From NCBI GenBank assembly GCA_963836075.1, contig CAWIIB010000009.1, positions 1,728,001 to 1,792,000 of the forward strand: a stretch of 64,000 nt of DNA. The letters are read 5' to 3'. Position numbers and translations under genes: made by a program. Below are positions 20,311 to 31,757 of the stretch, piece by piece (positions within the stretch are counted from its first letter, which is position 1; each line of letters begins with the position of its first letter). The DNA comes from an uncultured Acidobacteriota bacterium. Lineage in GTDB: Bacteria; Acidobacteriota; JAQAZP01. The notes beneath the pieces were generated by a model. The model was not told the origin of the DNA. It did not search any database and saw only the letters and a program-made list of their open reading frames with translations.

Positions 20311-22971
20311 TCAGAAAGAGAACTTTAGTCCTGCCACGAAGGTACCGGCCTCCATCCAGGTGTCGGCCTCGCCCCAACTCTGGTTGTCATACCACACGCG
20401 GCTCAGCACGAACTGGTTGTTGGTCACGTTGTAGGCGTCAAGGGTCAGGCTCAATACCGTTTCACCGATATTGATGCCCTTGGTCAGCCGCAGGTCGAGT
20501 TGCCAGGCATTCCCCAGGCGATGGGAGCCGGGCCGGTCGACATGATAAAAATACCCACCGTAATATATGTTAAAAGCGCCCTGGGCAGTCCCCGGAAGGA
20601 GATAATCTTGAACATCACCGAGCCGGTAATAGGGTGTGCCGGTACGCCACCTGAAAACAGCGCCGAGGATGATTCCCCATGGCATGTGGTACGCGCCGTT
20701 GAATTTGACATGGTGGCGAATGTCCCAGGGGAGCTCGCCATAGTGGTTGAAGTAGCGGAGCTCGGCAAAGTCGCCGAAGGGCTGTGTGCCCTCGTGGTTG
20801 AAGTCACCCATTGAACCCTCGGCCCTGGAGAGCGTGTAGGCAAGGTAGAACTGGCTGTTGCCCGAGAGCCGCTTCCGCAGTTGCAGGTCAAGGCCCCGGT
20901 ACTTCCGTTTCCCATCCGGGAGATTGGTGAAGTAATACTTGATTGTTGTCTCCTCCCCGCTGCGGATGGCGTCTTCGTTGCCGATGATATCTTCGATCAT
21001 GTTGTCCTGCCAGGAATAGCTGAGCCTGATCGCTGCCGAATAGTCAATGGCGAACTCGAACTCGTACCCGGCGGTCAGTTCATCCTTGAAGTTTGCCATG
21101 AGGTATGGATCCACCAGGGTGAGGTTGTCTTCCGGAGTAGTGTGGGAAGTCTCTTCCCAATCGCCGGTCTCGTAGTCGCCCTGATATTGCCAGGACTCGT
21201 TCTGCCGGCGGTTCAGATTCTGGCCGAGATACGTGCCCACGGCGTCGAAGTAACGGCCGTAACCAAGATGCACCTTGCTGCGTCCGTCCCCCCCGATGTC
21301 CCAGACGATGCCCGACCGCGGGGCGATAAGGTTGTCCAGCCGGTAGACCCGCTCACCCAGGTCGTTCTCCTGGGTCTGGGTCTCCCAGCGCAGACCCAGG
21401 TTGAAGGTCCACTTCTCATTCCAGTTCCAGCTGTCCTGGGCAAAGAACGTGAGGATATCGCCGCCGTTGCTGTACAGAAGGTCACTGGTTCGATTCAGCA
21501 GGTCCGGGCGGCCGTTGGGGCGGTTGATGATGTAGCTATCGGGATAGATCTCGTAACCCTCCAACTCGAATGTTTGGTATTCCGCTCCGAACTTGAAGTT
21601 GTGCGCACCGGCCCAGTCGCCCCGGTAGTAGTTGAGGGTTGCGGAGTAGAGGTCACGGGGGTGTTTTTCTTCGGGTACTGGCGGAGATATTTCCAGAGAT
21701 AATACTTCCATCGCCATTCCGGTTGTCCACGATGCGGTCGTCTCGCACGCCGGCGGAGGCCGGACCAACGGTCAGGTTCACAGTGTGCGTGGCCATCCTG
21801 GCCTCAAGGAAGAGGTTTGGTGTGAAGATGCTGGTCCAGAGCAGTGATCCCAGGCCGCTGCCTTCCTCTTCTACCGAATAGGCGCTTTCCATGATATCCG
21901 GGTCCTGTGAGTCCTTGCTGTCGATGGTGGTGGGGGTCGCCACATACTGGCCAACGATCTTGTTGTTCGGGTTCACCTGCCAGCTCAGCTTGAGCAGCAG
22001 TTCCTCGTAGATCTCGTTCCGCTTCACCTCCTCTTCGAAGTTGTTGATCCCCGTGATTCGGCGGGTCAGGTTGTTGTATGAGGCGAAAAACCAGAGTCTG
22101 TCTCTGAGCACCGGCCCACCCAGTGAGATCCCCGGTTCGACCTCGTAGAAGCTGTCCTCCTCAACATTGGTGCGGTCGGCCTGCTGGTGACGTTTGAGGT
22201 CGAGGTTGGTGTAGTAGACCGGCACCGTCCCATGGAACTCGTTGCCGCCCGATCTGGTGACCACATTGGAAATCGCTCCAGTGGCTTTCCCGTACTCGGC
22301 CTCCAAGCCCCCGGTGAGCGTCGTGACTTCCTGAACTGCTTCATAGCTGACCTTCAACCCGAAGTTCCCTGATGCGCTGTCGGTGGTGTCCATGCCATCG
22401 ACGAGGAAAACATTGTCGAACCAGGAGGCGCCGTGGCTGCGGATGTTGTAGAAATCGGTAGCTACTATACCGGGGACCATGTTTATGGCGGAGAAATAGG
22501 TTCGGCCATTGGGGATGTCATCCATCAATTCAGACGAGATTGTGTCACTGATGGTGGACGCCTTTGTGTCGACCATCGGTGTCTCGGCGACCACGGTGAT
22601 CTCGTAGTGGCTTCCTGTATCTGCCGTCAGGGTGAAATCCGCCCGGGCCTTGGTGCCCATTTTCACCTTGATGTCGGTTTGGACTACCTTCTGGAATCCA
22701 TCAAGGAATACGGCAACCTGGTATCCCTGTCCCACCGGCACCAGGGGGATGCGGTAGATTCCTTCGGTATCGGTGACTGCCTGTTGCTCGCCCGGCAGGG
22801 CGGGACCGGTGATGGATATAACCACCCCAGGCAGGGGATCTCCCGCCTGATCAACAATCAGGCCGGACAGGCTGCCGTCCTGTGTAGCGGCAACGGTATC
22901 AGTCATGCCCGGAGGAGGAGGAGGAGAAAGAGGATCGGGAGCAACAGCCGGTGGACCTGCCTGGTCTTCAT
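20311..22971 (-). CDS. TonB-dependent receptor with carboxypeptidase-regulatory-like N-domain (frameshifts near 22910 and 21675)
   Basis: Signal MKTRQVHRLLLPILFLLLLL after GGAGG RBS; PLPGV, GGLEAEYG.ATGAI.NVVTRSGGNEFHG, QDSW...NLGLRWE, APR.G, C-terminal Phe (LKFSF). Confidence 0.85.
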
Positions 22972-23364
22972 GGTGATCCCTCCAAAGGGCTCCTCCTTTC
23001 AGACATGAACTATGATGGATGTGAACGGATTTAGAGGTGCAGGTGCAGGTGTAGGGGGCAGGAGGTGGCGCGTTCAATTGTGACGGCTCAAAGGTTCAAC
23101 AGATGTATGAAATAAACGTGCGACCTATGACTGTATTTGTCAAGTGGTAATTTCATTTCATTTGAGGTTATTCAATTAAGGTTTTTTATTGCAATGAATA
23201 ACATGATCATCCTTCTGATGGTTGGCGATCGCAACCTGACTCAGCTCGGTTCCCAGGCCCCATACTGAGTTCCCGTCCGAGGCGGTGCTAAAGTTCCGGC
23301 GGCAGTACACGGTGATGTACTGCCTGTGCTTAGAGGGCTCTAACCGCGTACGAATGTACCAGCT

Positions 23365-24888
23365 TCAGGATCCGCCACCCTGGCCGAGGAAGGTGATCGA
23401 GGACGGTGCCGAGGCCACGGGTTCGCCCAGGGCGCTCTGGCCAACAACCCGCCAGTAGAGGGATCTCTGCAGGGGGGGGAGATTCCAGAGCGCCTGCCAA
23501 TTGAAAAGCGCCGGCGTGTAGCTTTCGCCGCTGATCCACCCCGGGCCGATGCCGCACTGCGAGGGCATGGCCGCCACCGAGCCGCTGAAGTCGGGCTGCC
23601 GGCAGAACTGCAGACGGTAGTGGGAGGCGCTTTTGCTTTTCCAGACAAAGGTCGGCGGCTGGAAGAGGGGCACACTGGCCTTGGCCGAGGGGGCCAGCAG
23701 GACGATGTCCGCTTCTCCCACCGTGGCCCTTGCCGGACCATACAGGTTGCTGCGTCCTTCGAAATCGATATCTTGCAGCTTGTAGAAATATGTGGTGCCG
23801 GTGCGGACGCCGGTGTCCTCGAACTCATAGACCGCACCCCAGCTGACACCGCCCTGCGCCGGGATCATGGTGTCGGTGATCCGGGAATAGTCCGTTGACG
23901 CCACGTCGGTCCGCCAGAGGTGAAAGCCGGCCGTATCATTCTCGGAGGCGGTTTCCCAGGCCAGAGCCGCGCTATGTTCCCGCCCGTCTGCGGTGAAGGA
24001 GGCCAGGTCGATCAGGGTCGCGCCGCCGCCAAAGGTCAGGACGTCACCAAAAGTGATCGGGTTGTTCAGCGGCTCCGTGGTGCCCGGGTCCATCATCAGA
24101 TCCTTTTGCAGGGGGTCGGAGTTGGACCGCGCCGTGCTGTAGAACATAGCCAGGGGGGTATCGGGATAGATCAGCTGGTCGCCCGAGAGGTTTTTAAAGG
24201 CGATCAGCGGCACCTGCAGGTCGAACCAGGTACCTGGTTGTCCCCGTCGCACAGGTTATCGCCATCCATCCGCACCGTGACGTGGTTGTATGTCTGGACA
24301 CCGCCGCTGCCGGCAGCGACGAAGGTGTCCACCGTGTCGGTGGTCTCCTCGATGCCATTGCCCTCCAGGTCGCTGTAAAAAACCCAGAGCAAATCTTCAA
24401 CCTGTGAAGCCTCGGTGCCGTCAATGGCCAGGACGAACTCCTTGTATCCGTCGCCATCGATGTCGATCAGCACGTCCCACGTGGAACTGACAAAGCCCTT
24501 GGCCGCTCCATTTTCCGTGGGATCGGCGCCCACACGCAGGCGGAACAGCACGAAATCATCGTTCATGGTCGAGGGTGTAGTCCGGGTCGTATGGCGTTCC
24601 GCCGTCGTAGTAGGCCCAGAGCACGCTGGGTTGGCCGCCGGGGGCCGCGCCGTCGGCCGAGCAGGAGGCGATGTCTGCCGAAGCGGGCCGCACCGCCGCA
24701 CCGCCATTGGACGGGTCGGAGGACCCCTCGTGATCGGTGATTGCGACAAATCCTGACGTGTAGATGTTAAAGATCGGGAAACTTCTCCAGGGCGTGGGCG
24801 TATCCGTGGTGCCGGCGAAAAGGTCGGAATAACTGCCGGCAATCGTCAGCACAAATAAAATCAGCACTATCCCGTATGTGAATTTCAT
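23365..24888 (-). CDS. secreted hypothetical protein with Ig/FN3-like C-terminal domains (frameshifts near 24560 and 24235)
   Basis: Signal peptide MKFTYGIVLILF...; three ORF pieces join; LIDLASFTA...LAWETASENDTAGFHLWR...YEFED...YFYKLQDID Ig-like module. Confidence 0.7.
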
Positions 24889-25135
24889 ATACCCCTATCC
24901 TTTGTTGGAATTGGCCTGTTTTGTTACATCTGAAATACAATAATCCCTGACTCTTATCGGCATACTGCGGTATTTCAATCACCTGGAATCGCTTACCGCA
25001 ATCGGCGGCAGCTGAAACAAATCCCGCCATACTTCGTTGTATTTCATGTGATCACCACACCGGGGTCCACCTGTCTCCAGCGGACGATCCGCGGCGGTGG
25101 TCCCCCATTTCTTCTACGTTATCATGGAGGACGCG

Positions 25136-25612
25136 ATGAAACGAACGGCACTGGTTCTGGCCACTGTCTGTCTCCTTGCCTGGCCGCTCTGCGCCATGGG
25201 CGGAGAGGTGAGCGACGCCGACAAGGCCGCCATCAAGCAGACCGCAATGGACTATGTGGACGGCTTCTACTCGTCGAGCCCCGAGCGGATGGACAAGGCG
25301 CTGCACCCCAACCTGCAGAAGGTGACCCTGCACACCCTGCCCACCGGACGGACCCTGCTGGATTTCAACGGCGTGGCGGCCAACCTCAAGGAATACGCCT
25401 CAGCCGGTCTGGGGGGAAAACCTGAGGACGAGCGGCAAATCGAGGTCACCATCCTCGATGTCTTCGACAGCATCGCCACGATCAAGATCGATTCGGCCGA
25501 TTTTCTCGACTACGCCCACGTTGCAAAAATTAGCGGCGAGTGGAAGATCATCAACGTCCTCTGGGCCCCGCACCGCAAGGCGCCTGCGGGCGAAGCGGCC
25601 AAGAACGAATAA
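25136..25612 (+). CDS. secreted NTF2-like (putative lumazine-binding) protein
   Basis: Signal peptide; AI.QTAMDYVDGFY...RMDKALHP.L.K...DYAHVAK..GEWKIINVLW. Confidence 0.85.
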   Translation: MKRTALVLATVCLLAWPLCAMGGEVSDADKAAIKQTAMDYVDGFYSSSPERMDKALHPNLQKVTLHTLPTGRTLLDFNGVAANLKEYASAGLGGKPEDERQIEVTILDVFDSIATIKIDSADFLDYAHVAKISGEWKIINVLWAPHRKAPAGEAAKNE

Positions 25613-25630
25613 CCCCGGGGAGAATATGTG

Positions 25631-26221
25631 ATGAACAGGTGGATTGCTTTCGTGATGCTTGCCCTGCTGGCCCTGTTTTCTCCTCTCCTGGCCCAGGAGG
25701 AGGAGGCGAAGCAGCCGATCAAGCCGGTGCTGCTGGTGATCGACGTCCAGAACAAGTACATCCCGATGATGGACGAGAAGGAGCAGGGACCGGCGATGCG
25801 GATGGTCAACGGGGCGATCTGGCAGTTCCGGCAGTTCAACATGCCGGTGGTCCGGGTCTACCACACAGACCCCAAGTGGGGGCCGGAACCAGGGAGCGAG
25901 GACTTCGAGTTCCCTGAATCGGTGATCGTCACCGACGAGGACCCGAAAATCGTCAAGAACCACGCCAGCGCCTTTCAGGACACCGAGCTGGACAAGGTGC
26001 TGAAGGAGATGGAGGCCAACACCGTCTTCATCTGCGGCCTCAGCGCCACCGGCTGCGCCCTGGCCACCTATTTTGGTGCCCTCGAACGGGGTTACAACGT
26101 CTTCATGGTGGAGGGGGCGCTGCTCAGCGGTGACGCCGAACACACCGAGGTGATCAAGGACATCCTCGACTCGGTGACCTGGGGCGGGTTGGAGCTGATT
26201 CTCAGGGGGGCGTCAAGGTAG
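25631..26221 (+). CDS. isochorismatase-family cysteine hydrolase with signal peptide
   Basis: VIDVQ (Asp), KNHASAF (Lys), GLSATGC (Cys) triad; N-terminal signal ending LLA-Q. Confidence 0.85.
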   Translation: MNRWIAFVMLALLALFSPLLAQEEEAKQPIKPVLLVIDVQNKYIPMMDEKEQGPAMRMVNGAIWQFRQFNMPVVRVYHTDPKWGPEPGSEDFEFPESVIVTDEDPKIVKNHASAFQDTELDKVLKEMEANTVFICGLSATGCALATYFGALERGYNVFMVEGALLSGDAEHTEVIKDILDSVTWGGLELILRGASR

Positions 26222-26275
26222 TGGGAATGACATGTTTGTCATCGCTCTCTGAGCATGGAAAGTGCTGTTCCCTGC

Positions 26276-27138
26276 TCATGTGGCGGCGATTCGTTTTTTG
26301 ACCGCAACGATGTCAAAGTCCCGGGGAACGAAGAGGTAGTCGTTGGTATCTACGCTCTCCGGGCTCCACTGCTTGAGAATGATGCCGTCGATCGCTTCGA
26401 TACTGAGGGCGTCGTTGCGGTGGTTCAACCGGTAGAGCCTGTACCCCACTGATTCAGTTTTTCCACCATTGCATCGGCTCGCTGCTGCACATCGGGCAGG
26501 AACTCCCCGCTGTGGGCATCCAGCACTTCGCAAATGATTGCGGGCTGTTGCTGCGCCAGGAACGCTTCCATTCCGTCGAGGACGAGACTTTCCGCCCCCT
26601 CGACATCGATTTTCACCAGGGCCACCGTCTGGTCCTTCCAGAAGTCGAGCTCGTCGAAGCGGAAGACCGGGATGCTGGCAACATCTTCCTCCGCGTAGTG
26701 TCCCGGCCGGAAGTTCTCGATGATCGTGGCGCCCGAATCACTTTCGTCCGTGAGGTACAGCTTCTGGATTCCCGTGGTTCGAGAGAGCCCAACGGGGATC
26801 AACGTGGCCCTGGTGATCCGGTTGGTCCGGATGAGCGTGTCGATGTACGAGAGACAGTGCGCATTTGGTTCAAAGCCGAAGTAGTGGAGATCGTAAATAC
26901 TCTTGAACAGGAGAAGCGTCTGTCCCAGGTTTGTCCCCACATCCACAAATGAGCTCTTCTCCGGCAGCGCCATTGACTGCAACAGTGTTCCCATCCACTT
27001 CTCTTTTCCATAGAGCAGCGTCAAGCCGGTTTTCCGGATGACCGGAATTTTGAAAGTCCGGTTGTTGAACCGGGCCGGCACCGTGAAATTGAAAATCATC
27101 AACAGCGGATTGAGCAGTGCTTTTATCATGGCCTTCAT
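26276..27138 (-). CDS. FkbM-family SAM methyltransferase (frameshift near 26445)
   Basis: FVDVGTNLG, FEPN, VKIDVEGAE; one missing G in TGGGGT joins LNQW to GYRLYRL...NDYLFVP. Confidence 0.82.
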
Positions 27139-27368
27139 CGGTGCGACCCTCTTAGAAGCGGAGCTATCCGTTCATTGCATGGCAGAATCGAATCAGTTTC
27201 CTGGGCGCCTTCCCGGCACCTTTGCACCATGTTTTTTTTACCAGTATACGCTCTTCTCTCCTCATCCGTCTCATGGTTCAGGGGCTCGGTCCTGGAAGGA
27301 AGAGACCGCTGCAGCTCTCCCCAACACAAGGGTGAAAGTGATACACTGTCCCCGCAGGAGGTTCCACT

Positions 27369-29156
27369 GTGCGTTTTTCTCGCCTCATCGCCATCACTCT
27401 CCTCTTCGTCCTCGATATCCTGGTGTGTACCACCGGGGCGATTGCTTCCGAACCTGACATCCCTGACGGCATGGCCGTCGAGATCGTGCTCGACGACTTC
27501 GAGACCCAGTTCCCCGCTTTTCACCAGGGCACCCGCTACGATCTGGCCGGCTGGGACGCCGCCCGCTCGGTGGTGGGGCTGGTGGTGGACCGGGCGGAGC
27601 TGGAAGCGCTCCGAGAGGAGGGCTATGAACCGGAAGTGGTGGCCCGGGCCACGCGGGGCGGTGTCGATCCCGAATACGTGGATTACGAGGAGATCCTCGC
27701 CCGCCTGCAGGAGATCGAGGGGGACTACCCAGCCATTGCCCGGGTGGTCAACCTCAACCAGGAGCTGGGTACGCCGCTGACCAGCGAAGGCCGGGCGCTC
27801 TGGGCGCTGAAGGTCTCTGACAACGTCCAGCTTGCCGAGGACGAACCGGCCTTCGTGGTGGACGGCGTCCACCACGCCCGCGAACTGGTCACTCCACTGG
27901 CTGTGCTCGACATCGCCGAGACCCTGACCCAGCGCTACGGCGGCAACCCCAGCGCCACCGCCTGGGTCGACGGTTACGAGATCTGGCTCATCCCGGCGGT
28001 CAATCCCGACGGCCTGGAATATGTCTTCGACGTCTACGACATGTGGCGCAAGAACCGCACCTATTTTCCCCTGGTCGATGAATACGGGGTGGACAACAAC
28101 CGCAACTATTCCTTTCTCTGGGGAGAGTGCGGAGCTGTGAGCAGCGATCCGTACAGCGATCTTTTCATCGGGCCTGCTCCTGAGTCGGAGGCCGAGACCC
28201 GGACCGTCGAGGCGCTGATGGCCCGGGAAAAACCGGCGGTCTACGTCAGTTACCACAGTTACGGCCAGGAGGTGCTCTATCCTTACGTCTGCGCCACCCT
28301 GGCCGAGACGGCGCTCTACCATGAAATCCGCGACGGGTACGCTGGACAGATGAGTTATGGTACCCGCCTCGCCTCGGCCAGCGGGGAGAGTTTCGAGGAT
28401 GCCTACAACGAACACGGGGCGATCGCCTTCCTCACCGAAACCGCCACCTGGTTCCAGCCCGCTTTCAGCGAGGTGCCGGTGATCCTCGAGCGGATCCGGC
28501 CCGGTTGGACCTACCTGATGGAGCGGGGGCTCAGTTCTTCGCTCACCGGCCGCGTCACCTCCGCGCTCACCGGGGCCCCGCTTCCCGGGGCGACGGTGTC
28601 GGTGCAGGAGGTGGCCTTTGTGGAAGGGGAGCGGCGCAATCCCGAACCGCTCTTTGGCGGCTTCACCCGGCTGCTCCAGCCCGGGACGTATACCGTGGAC
28701 GTCTCCTGTGATGGATACCAGACCCAGGTCCACCCGGTAACCATCGGGGCGGTGCCCTACCGGTTGGAGGTGCAGCTCCAGCCGGTGTCCCTCATCGGCG
28801 CCGGGCTGACCTGCGCTCCGGCTTCGGGCACCCTCCCCTTTGCCGTATCCATCAGCGCCACGCTGCAGAACCTCTACCCCGGCCTGGCCCGGACCGTGGC
28901 CGCCCGGCTCCACGTCACCCTGGCCGACGGGACTCAGCTGCCCAACTGGCGGGCCGGCTTCACCAACGTCCCGGCCGGAGGCGAATATGTCGCCGCCTGG
29001 ACCACCCAGTTGCCGGCCCTGGGTGCGCTGGTGGGGGCGAACCGCTTCCTGCTTTTTGCCGAGGATGTAACCGCCTCGCCCTGGAACCAGCCGCCCTACC
29101 CGCCCTCCGGCAGCACCGGCAGCGCCCAGTGCCTGGTGACCGGCGCCGCGCCCTGA
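27369..29156 (+). CDS. secreted M14 zinc carboxypeptidase with carboxypeptidase-regulatory domain and C-terminal module A
   Basis: Signal peptide; HHARE, NPDG, WRKNR, GVDNNRNY, SEAET, SYHSY. Confidence 0.9.
   Translation: MRFSRLIAITLLFVLDILVCTTGAIASEPDIPDGMAVEIVLDDFETQFPAFHQGTRYDLAGWDAARSVVGLVVDRAELEALREEGYEPEVVARATRGGVDPEYVDYEEILARLQEIEGDYPAIARVVNLNQELGTPLTSEGRALWALKVSDNVQLAEDEPAFVVDGVHHARELVTPLAVLDIAETLTQRYGGNPSATAWVDGYEIWLIPAVNPDGLEYVFDVYDMWRKNRTYFPLVDEYGVDNNRNYSFLWGECGAVSSDPYSDLFIGPAPESEAETRTVEALMAREKPAVYVSYHSYGQEVLYPYVCATLAETALYHEIRDGYAGQMSYGTRLASASGESFEDAYNEHGAIAFLTETATWFQPAFSEVPVILERIRPGWTYLMERGLSSSLTGRVTSALTGAPLPGATVSVQEVAFVEGERRNPEPLFGGFTRLLQPGTYTVDVSCDGYQTQVHPVTIGAVPYRLEVQLQPVSLIGAGLTCAPASGTLPFAVSISATLQNLYPGLARTVAARLHVTLADGTQLPNWRAGFTNVPAGGEYVAAWTTQLPALGALVGANRFLLFAEDVTASPWNQPPYPPSGSTGSAQCLVTGAAP
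28788..29156 (+). repeat. C-terminal module A, copy 2
   Basis: AGLTCAPASGTLPFAV...NWRAGFTNV...WTTQLPALGALVGAN...AEDVTASPWNQPPYPPSGS...CLVTG. Confidence 0.85.
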
Positions 29157-29331
29157 CCCTCTCACAAACCCTTACATCGACACCCCATTGTGCCGAATAG
29201 AACTGTGTCAGCCGCAGTGTTGTGCTCCATCCGCTGACAGCGAAGATATTCCTGGCCTGGTCCCGCGGACGCCGCCGTGTGGCAGTGCTGCGGGCCGGAT
29301 TGACTGTACACGTGTGTGGGGGTGCGGCTGG

Positions 29332-31557
29332 ATGAACGAGAATAGCACGATGGAGGACCTGGGGTTGCTGGAGGATGTCCTGCTGCGCACGTCCCGGGGC
29401 CAGGCGTCATTCGAGGAGCTGGCCGAGTCACTGAACCAGCTGGAGAACGTGGTGCAGATCATCCCATCGGGCGAGTTCACCCGCTTCATGGGTGACATGA
29501 ACCAGGCGCTGAAGGACAAGGGCTATGGCAATGTCAACGCGAACGACGCCGAACAGCCGCGGGTGGCCGGGATCCGGACCGAGGACGGCCGCTTCGTCCC
29601 CTGGGTCTTCACCGATGATGCCATCGCCCGCGAGTTCGCCATCGCCAAGGGGATGATCCAGCCCGATGAGGCGCTGTCCCTGATTACCCGCCCGCCCGAT
29701 GTGGTGCTTTACGAGTGCCTGGCCGCCGGTCAGGCCGGCCTGGTGATCGACGAGGGCTCCGATCACAAGATCAATATGCAACGAAACGTGGTGGCCCGGC
29801 TGTACGGGCTGGTCACCTTCGGTCGCTTTGTTGCGCTGCCCGAATTGCAGGCGGTGATCCACGAGAACAAGGTCTTCTACCAGCAGCCCAAGCAGGGGGA
29901 GGGGCTGCAGGCCTTTGTCTACGACAGCACCGACGGGGCCATGGCCGGCATTGCCCGGATCCAGGAGAAGGCGCCGGCCATTTCGTTCCAGGCCGCGCCC
30001 ACCCTGCCGCACATCGCGAACCTGCTCAAGGCAGGAGTCACCCTCCTGGTGGTCAACCCGGCGCTGGCCAGCGAGCGGACGTACAACCGCGAAGACCTGG
30101 AACGCATGGCGTCCGCCGGTGAAGCCGAACCGCGGCCCGACCCCACTCCCGACTCGAATCTCAAATCCGATCCCGACCGGCGGGAGGCGGCGGGCAGCGA
30201 CCCGGCGCTGAACCTGCCGGAGCTGCTGCGCAAGGCCACAGCCTATCCCGCTTTCCCCATGGTGCCTCCGCCGGGGCGGGACGACCCGGCTTCCCAGGTG
30301 CGGTTCCAGGAACTGCGGCTCCAGGCCGAGAGCAAGGAGATCAACGTCTGGGAATACGTGGAAGCCCTGGCCTTCGACCTCGACGTTTACACCCCGGTGC
30401 ACGAACGGCCGGTGGACGGCCTCACCTGGCCGATGATCTACGCCCACCACTCGGAGGAGGGGAAGACCATCTCTTACGCCTACAGTGGTGAATCGCGGGT
30501 CAGGGAACAGCTGTCTGCCAACCCCGAGGAAGCGAGGAACTACCACCGTCTCTCGGGTATCGAGGCCATGCGCTGGGTTTGGGCCGCACCCAGGGAGATC
30601 CACGAGGTGGCGATCAATCTTTACAAGGATACCGATGGCTGGCTCTCCTTCCCCAGCTACTGGGCGGTGAGCGCAGCCTTCCCCCTGTTTTATGCAATTC
30701 CCGACCTGGGCCAGGTGTCCCGGGTGCCCCTGACCGGGATCACCGCCCTGCCCGGGGCTCGTGGCTTGAAGCCTGAAGTGGCCCGGGCGCTGATCGAGGG
30801 CTGGAAACTGCTGGTGTTGAGCGATGCCGGAGCGGCCAGCCCGGCCAGCCTGGTGGACTACCGGGGGCTGCACTGCGTGCCGCTGTTCTGCGACCAGGAG
30901 CAGTTTTTCGCCTTCCAGTCGGTCCACCCCGGAAACCCCTGCTCGGTTCTGGCCACGGGTGAGGAGCCTCCTTTCGAGCGGCTGCTGCGCGCGTCCGCCG
31001 GCTGCGACGGCGTCCTCCTCGACCCTGCAGGACCGCGGCCGCTGCTCCTCGAGCACGGCGACCTGCTGGCCCTCGCGCTCTGGGCGCGCAACAGCGGCCC
31101 TGCGCCACATGGGGGGGAGGTGGCGATTGAGACGGCCATGCTGCTGGGGGAGGGGGTGATCGATTCCGCCACTGCCGGGCGGATCGCGGCCTGCTGGCCC
31201 CGCTACTTTGCCGGACTGCACCAGAAGGAGGACGGCGGCGCCGAGCTGTTGATGACCCCGGACGCCGACCGCTGCGCGGTCTTCTCCAGCATGGAACTGG
31301 CCGGTGACTATATCGCCGCCAGCGAGAACCTGGGGCTGATCCCCCGGGGGACGATGAAGCCGGTGCCGATCCTGCACCGCTGGCAGTACAACATTTTCCA
31401 GACCATGGCGGCCAGTTTCACGCTGGGGGGCGTGATCGACCCGGTGGCCGGCGGAGGCGGGGGACTGTACCTCGACCCCCAGGCGGTGGAAGCGGCGATC
31501 CGTCACGTGGACCGGATGCTCAAGCCGCGGGTCGACGGCTTCGTGGCCGGGGAATAG
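29332..31557 (+). CDS. hypothetical protein with possible tandem SseB-like domains
   Basis: Long ORF with genome-typical codon bias; recurring (P/V)xF(T/S/C)D ... hhID/NP patterns. Confidence 0.65.
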   Translation: MNENSTMEDLGLLEDVLLRTSRGQASFEELAESLNQLENVVQIIPSGEFTRFMGDMNQALKDKGYGNVNANDAEQPRVAGIRTEDGRFVPWVFTDDAIAREFAIAKGMIQPDEALSLITRPPDVVLYECLAAGQAGLVIDEGSDHKINMQRNVVARLYGLVTFGRFVALPELQAVIHENKVFYQQPKQGEGLQAFVYDSTDGAMAGIARIQEKAPAISFQAAPTLPHIANLLKAGVTLLVVNPALASERTYNREDLERMASAGEAEPRPDPTPDSNLKSDPDRREAAGSDPALNLPELLRKATAYPAFPMVPPPGRDDPASQVRFQELRLQAESKEINVWEYVEALAFDLDVYTPVHERPVDGLTWPMIYAHHSEEGKTISYAYSGESRVREQLSANPEEARNYHRLSGIEAMRWVWAAPREIHEVAINLYKDTDGWLSFPSYWAVSAAFPLFYAIPDLGQVSRVPLTGITALPGARGLKPEVARALIEGWKLLVLSDAGAASPASLVDYRGLHCVPLFCDQEQFFAFQSVHPGNPCSVLATGEEPPFERLLRASAGCDGVLLDPAGPRPLLLEHGDLLALALWARNSGPAPHGGEVAIETAMLLGEGVIDSATAGRIAACWPRYFAGLHQKEDGGAELLMTPDADRCAVFSSMELAGDYIAASENLGLIPRGTMKPVPILHRWQYNIFQTMAASFTLGGVIDPVAGGGGGLYLDPQAVEAAIRHVDRMLKPRVDGFVAGE

Positions 31558-31757
31558 TGTGATGGGGCAGAGCGGGGTGTTCGAAAAACTGCCGGAGACC
31601 GGGATCGCCAGGGTGGCTGCCGGGGACGGCTTTTTCAACGCGCCGGCACAGGTCGTGATCTAGGAGAGAAAATAGGTTACAATAGGTCCACACCTTGACA
31701 GTTATTGCTCCATGGTCCTGTACAACAGGATATCTGAATCGGGGAGGATGCTGGGAT

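Noticed and set aside
22911-22926. (CTC)5 microsatellite as a phase-variation switch for the TonB receptor
   Set aside because: Trinucleotide unit changes keep the frame; it simply encodes the Leu-rich signal peptide, and the break is a 1-nt loss in the adjacent C run.
16804-26427. Other TGA-ended split genes (16806, 21653, 24204, 24556, 26425) as selenocysteine read-through
   Set aside because: In each case the protein continues in a different frame, so these are frameshifts rather than in-frame UGA codons.
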